From the NCBI GenBank assembly GCA_964583985.1, contig CAZOYD010000043.1:1-30231 (forward strand): DNA of 30,231 nt, given 5' to 3'. A program made the position numbers and the translations under genes. The notes beneath the pieces were generated by a model that was not told where the DNA came from, searched no databases, and was given only the letters and a program-made list of their open reading frames with translations. Position 1 is the first letter of the stretch. Every line of letters begins with the position of its first letter. This DNA comes from an uncultured archaeon (lineage in GTDB: Archaea; Asgardarchaeota; Lokiarchaeia; Sigyniarchaeales; SOKP01). Shown here one piece after another: positions 25,995-30,231 of the stretch.

Positions 25995-26999
25995 ATGAAA
26001 AAGAATAAGGTTATAGTTTTAGGGTCTATTGCGTATGATTATATAATGTCTTTCAATGAAAATTTCGTAAACGCGGTTTCGATTGATCGTGAAAAAGAAG
26101 AATATCAAAGCACAGTCACGGCTGCTGAAAAAGTTCAAAGATTCGGAGGCACTGCGGGGAATATCGCTTATAATCTGGGCTTATTGAATATCGCAAAAAC
26201 TTCGGTCTTTGGATCCGTTGGGAGGGATTTTGAGAGTCTTGGGTATATGGAACATGTCTCGAAATTTAAAAAAATTGATTTTAATGTTGATATCTATAAC
26301 GATCTTTACACTGCTGCATGTTATATTGTAAATGATGTGAAAACTAATCAAATGATAATCTTTCATGGTGGAGCATTGAATAAATGTGAGAATATAGATT
26401 TAAAAGAGAAGATACCCGATCCTGAAAATTATATCTATGCTATCAATTCAACCCAGGGAATAAAAGCAATGGAAAATTTTGCGAACCAACTCTTTGATCT
26501 TGGAATTCCATCGATTTTTGATCCCGGTCAAGTTACAGTCCTATTTCCTAAAAATATTCTAATAGACATCATGAAAAAATCTGAGATTTTAATCGGAAAT
26601 AGATATGAAATAGAGCAAATTAAAAAAAAAACAGAGTTAGAAGATGAAGGGCTGATGCAATTAGTTAATGCAGTAATAATAACTAAAGGAGCTGATGGAT
26701 CTTTACTCATGTATAAGGATGATTCTGGTAAGATTCACAATGCTGATATTCCCATTTCAAAACCAGATGTGGTTGAAGATACTACTGGTGCTGGGGATGG
26801 TTATCGTGCGGGCATACTAACAGGACTATTATTGAACATGACATTGATAGACTCGTGTCGTCTTGGTTCCATTGTAGGATCTTTTGTCATTGAGACCCAT
26901 GGTGCTCAAACTCATTCTTATAATATAAATAATATAAGAAAACGATTTTTTGATACATTTGGATATGTTCCTCAAGAAATTGAGCAATTAAAATCATGA
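25995..26999 (+). CDS. PfkB/ribokinase-family carbohydrate or nucleoside kinase
   Basis: GSIAYD, FGGTAGNIAYNLGLL, DPGQ, DTTGAGDGYRAG. Confidence 0.93.
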   Translation: MKKNKVIVLGSIAYDYIMSFNENFVNAVSIDREKEEYQSTVTAAEKVQRFGGTAGNIAYNLGLLNIAKTSVFGSVGRDFESLGYMEHVSKFKKIDFNVDIYNDLYTAACYIVNDVKTNQMIIFHGGALNKCENIDLKEKIPDPENYIYAINSTQGIKAMENFANQLFDLGIPSIFDPGQVTVLFPKNILIDIMKKSEILIGNRYEIEQIKKKTELEDEGLMQLVNAVIITKGADGSLLMYKDDSGKIHNADIPISKPDVVEDTTGAGDGYRAGILTGLLLNMTLIDSCRLGSIVGSFVIETHGAQTHSYNINNIRKRFFDTFGYVPQEIEQLKS

Positions 27000-27220
27000 T
27001 CCTACTAAAGATTTGCTTTAAAATTCCATATAGTATCGAAATAATATAAGTGATAATAAATGCTTTTTCTAAATTTATTAATGAATATATTTTTAAAAAT
27101 GATGAGAAAAAAGCCCTAATAGGAATGTACGGATTATTATAACAAAAAAATCAAGACCTCGTTTAGTTTAAAAATAATAATTTTGGTTATATTTTTAAGA
27201 ATTAGTTTAGGAAGTACGGA

Positions 27221-27538
27221 ATGACAATTACTAATGATGATTTTGAAATGGAATACTATACGAAAATCTTAGATTTTTATCAAAATCAAGAATTTGATAG
27301 AGAGACTGTTGAAATTTGGAAAAGTAAATCTTACATAGAATTAATGCAAGTTTTAAAGCGAACAAATAATAAAAACCTCGTAAAAAATGCAATTGTCTTA
27401 ATATTATCCTTATTCGAAGATTTACCGTTAGACATTTATGATTGTTCTGGTCAAAGTGTAAGAGATTTAAAAAAAGAGGATAAAAATGCTTACCTCTCTA
27501 ATTTAAGATCTGAGTTTGTTGATGAATTATCTAATTAA
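27221..27538 (+). CDS. Hypothetical protein
   Basis: 105-aa ORF, convergent with the next gene and sharing TTAA at 27535-27538. Confidence 0.72.
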   Translation: MTITNDDFEMEYYTKILDFYQNQEFDRETVEIWKSKSYIELMQVLKRTNNKNLVKNAIVLILSLFEDLPLDIYDCSGQSVRDLKKEDKNAYLSNLRSEFVDELSN

Positions 27539-27795
27539 TTTTTGTGCTTTTTTTGATTAAAAGAGTCCTCTATATCAAATATCTCTTTCATTTTTGTCAA
27601 CTTATCAGAGTCTTGATTTAAACCTAATTCATCAAGAATGTCTTTCATTTCTTGTACAGAGAGTATATCTTCATCGTCAAGATCTGCCAAATTCTCTTTT
27701 TTAAACTCGAAATGGCATTTCATACATTCAATCGTTGTCTCGTATTCAACGATGTCATGGGAACCACATCGAGGGCATAAATTCTTATTCGCCAT
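27535..27795 (-). CDS. Small zinc-ribbon protein
   Basis: CPRCGS-x-CMKC followed by an acidic tail. Confidence 0.72.
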   Translation of the reverse strand: MANKNLCPRCGSHDIVEYETTIECMKCHFEFKKENLADLDDEDILSVQEMKDILDELGLNQDSDKLTKMKEIFDIEDSFNQKKHKN

Positions 27796-27947
27796 ATCCT
27801 TCAGTCAAAAAATGATACAATAAATAATATAAATTCATTAGTATTTAAACTTCTTTTCTCACCTTTTTTTTTAATAAATGATACTAAAATTTAATAGCTG
27901 GTTTTTTTTTAATGTTAATAATTATTTTTATTTATAACGGGGTTTTT

Positions 27948-30231
27948 ATGAAGAAATATTCTATATTAAAAAACACACAAGTAATTACAGGAATGTTATT
28001 CGTAGTAACAATTTTAGCAATGAACTACATCACAATAGGATTAAATTTTAAGTCTGATCTATTCCAAACTGAATCAAGTTATAGTGATTTAAAGGTATCA
28101 AGCTCTCAGAGATTATTTGAAGGTGTTGAAAATGCTTTAAATATTACGGATTCAGGAGTATTATTTGAAGAAAATCAAGAAATTTCATTAACAAATCAAG
28201 AAAGTAGTAATTTAACTTATTTTTTAGATGATACTCATGATTGGAAATCGTCAGAAATTAATTTTACTATCAAAGACATATATGATACAAGAGAGTGGAT
28301 AAGTGATTCGGATTTTTTGGATGCTGGAACACCTTTTAGAAAAAATATCTCAGAAAGCAACATACCCGATACTCCACCTCCCCGACATAATTACGCACCT
28401 AATTTAACTCCTGATATAATACATAGTACTATTAGCGAGCCTGGAGCTAAAGCAATGCGTCTTCATTTTTCAACTCTTGAAATTGAATATGATTGGGATT
28501 ATTTGTTCATTTATGATGATAACGGCAATTTAAAATATATGTTTACAGGTGTGGAGGCTAACTTTTATTCCCCATGGTTTAATGTTGATACATTAAAAAT
28601 ATCTATAGATTCTGATGGATCTCAACAGTATTATGGATATGATATTGATTATTTTGAGTTTTATAATTCAAGTTCTGCAAGTTACTCATTATTTGAATCT
28701 TCTTGGGGTTATGATGATTTTGGTCAATTTACCAATTTTGCATTGGATAATTTTAGCAATAATAATGCAATTCACTTATCTTTACTAGGAAATATTACTA
28801 GATATCCTTCCAATATATTTTATTATGCAACTTATTATGAAAACAATCATATCGAGGTATACCAAAATTATACTATACCTAGAGGTCAAGTAATAGATGG
28901 TTATATAAGTTTTGACTATTATGCGGAATCTGCAATTGAAACTAATGATTTTTTTATTTATTTTGCTATTGATAATCAAATAATCTATAATAAAGGATTT
29001 CGAGATATTGTAAAATTAGGAAGAGGAATTTGGCATGACACTAATAAAATTTATATGGATCTATGGAGTAATACATCCAGTCTTTTTCAAAACATCCAAA
29101 CTGATCAAGATTTTAATATATCTGTTGGAATAATGAGTGGGGCTTCTGTTACTTATTCTGGTTTCCAAGATGCTTTTAATCAAGATTTTTGGATCGATAA
29201 TATTTCTTTGGTACTAACTACTTTAGCAAATTCAAGTCAAGATGGAATTAATTTAACAATAGATGGTAATTCGCTAATGAATGATGCAAATTGGGGGAGT
29301 TCAAGTTTCTCATTAAATAATCTATGGTCTCTTAATCCAATATCTATCGAATTCACAACAACATCTCCATCCTTAAGTTTTAATCTAAATACATCTATAT
29401 TTGGATATCGAGAGATTAGATCTAAAATAGATCAACAAAATATTGATGGTTTGAATTATTATATATTAGAGAATGGAACAGTAATCTGGGAATTTTATCA
29501 TAATCTGTATATGCCCAATGAATATTCTGATTTTGAATTCACAATTGACAAACCTGAAAACTGGATTTTTATATCTGTTTTAGATCCTACGTTACAAACC
29601 CGTCCTTATGAATATGGAGGTGAAGGTGATATAATTTTGCATATTAATAAAACAAGTGCGCTTTTCCCGGGTTGGTGGTCGTTTAAAGCAACCTCTCCGA
29701 ATTATCTTGACATCTCAAATACATTGATGTTGAAACAAGGTGAATGGATAAATACAAATTTCAATACAGGTGAATCAACACGAATTAAAACACAAGTTAA
29801 TTATAGTGGTGAAATTCCTAATCATATTGAGTCAACAGAAGTAAATTTAACGATATATGATCCCGAAGGAAATCAATGGTATTCAGAAGTTAATTCACCT
29901 TTATCAAATGGAACTGTTTTCTTTTCAGAAATTACACTTTCTGCTTTTAACACGACTGGTGGTCAATTTGAATATACGTTATTCTGGAGTAATGGAACAG
30001 CGTTAGGCGGACTTAAATCGAGTTTTATTGTTTATCATCAAAGCCAAATTAAATTGTTAAAACCTAATGACGCTAAAATTGACCTAAGAACTGATGGTTT
30101 TGTGGGAGATATCATTCCTGTAAGAATTATTCTAACCGATCCAGAAAATAATTTATCAATTTCAGATGCAAAGATCTCCTATAATTGGACCGGAGGATCT
30201 ACTCTTAATTTTACTGAAGCTGCTCTTGGTA
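27948..30231 (+). CDS. Large secreted/cell-surface protein with CUB-like domain, 3'-truncated by window
   Basis: Frame is open from ATG 27948 to the window end (761 codons; absent from ORF track). Basic then hydrophobic N-terminus MKKYSILKNTQVITGMLFVVTILAM. CUB-like segment at about 28386-28660; many N-x-S/T sequons. Confidence 0.85.
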   Translation, partial: MKKYSILKNTQVITGMLFVVTILAMNYITIGLNFKSDLFQTESSYSDLKVSSSQRLFEGVENALNITDSGVLFEENQEISLTNQESSNLTYFLDDTHDWKSSEINFTIKDIYDTREWISDSDFLDAGTPFRKNISESNIPDTPPPRHNYAPNLTPDIIHSTISEPGAKAMRLHFSTLEIEYDWDYLFIYDDNGNLKYMFTGVEANFYSPWFNVDTLKISIDSDGSQQYYGYDIDYFEFYNSSSASYSLFESSWGYDDFGQFTNFALDNFSNNNAIHLSLLGNITRYPSNIFYYATYYENNHIEVYQNYTIPRGQVIDGYISFDYYAESAIETNDFFIYFAIDNQIIYNKGFRDIVKLGRGIWHDTNKIYMDLWSNTSSLFQNIQTDQDFNISVGIMSGASVTYSGFQDAFNQDFWIDNISLVLTTLANSSQDGINLTIDGNSLMNDANWGSSSFSLNNLWSLNPISIEFTTTSPSLSFNLNTSIFGYREIRSKIDQQNIDGLNYYILENGTVIWEFYHNLYMPNEYSDFEFTIDKPENWIFISVLDPTLQTRPYEYGGEGDIILHINKTSALFPGWWSFKATSPNYLDISNTLMLKQGEWINTNFNTGESTRIKTQVNYSGEIPNHIESTEVNLTIYDPEGNQWYSEVNSPLSNGTVFFSEITLSAFNTTGGQFEYTLFWSNGTALGGLKSSFIVYHQSQIKLLKPNDAKIDLRTDGFVGDIIPVRIILTDPENNLSISDAKISYNWTGGSTLNFTEAALG

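Noticed and set aside
28785-28979. 64-aa minus-strand ORF
   Set aside because: Antisense to the long open plus-strand surface protein.

Overview
AT-rich archaeal DNA, most consistent with an Asgard archaeon (Lokiarchaeia/Promethearchaeia); this is inferred from a eukaryote-type SECIS, a single-domain gelsolin-like gene and overall gene content. The left end holds an Mvh/Vhu hydrogenase-heterodisulfide reductase operon (vhuG'-vhuA-vhuU-hdrC-hdrB). The large subunit lacks its C-terminal Ni ligands. These are supplied by a 50-aa selenoprotein gene missed by the ORF track (vhuU, 2152-2304, in-frame TGA at 2218-2220), followed by a eukaryote-like SECIS whose AUGA core is the vhuU stop codon itself. 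The small subunit carries a tandem duplication of its 8-Cys Fe-S module. Downstream are hypC, cooC, a coiled-coil/HEAT protein, a cyclophilin, a fused ADP-forming acyl-CoA synthetase with a DRTGG/Pta-N protein, and an alpha/beta hydrolase. Next is a minus-strand unit of a hidden 50-aa ORF, a corrinoid protein (broken by an in-frame TAA) and a UroD/MT2-family protein. Further on are an Eis-like GNAT, an HGSNAT-like protein, an M29 aminopeptidase, a gelsolin-like protein, a PAS histidine kinase (its first PAS domain lies behind an in-frame TGA), ogg and a PfkB kinase. There are also two dispersed paralogous ~90-aa unknown proteins and an unannotated >760-aa secreted CUB-domain glycoprotein running off the right edge. 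No rRNA, tRNA, CRISPR array or mobile element was recognised.
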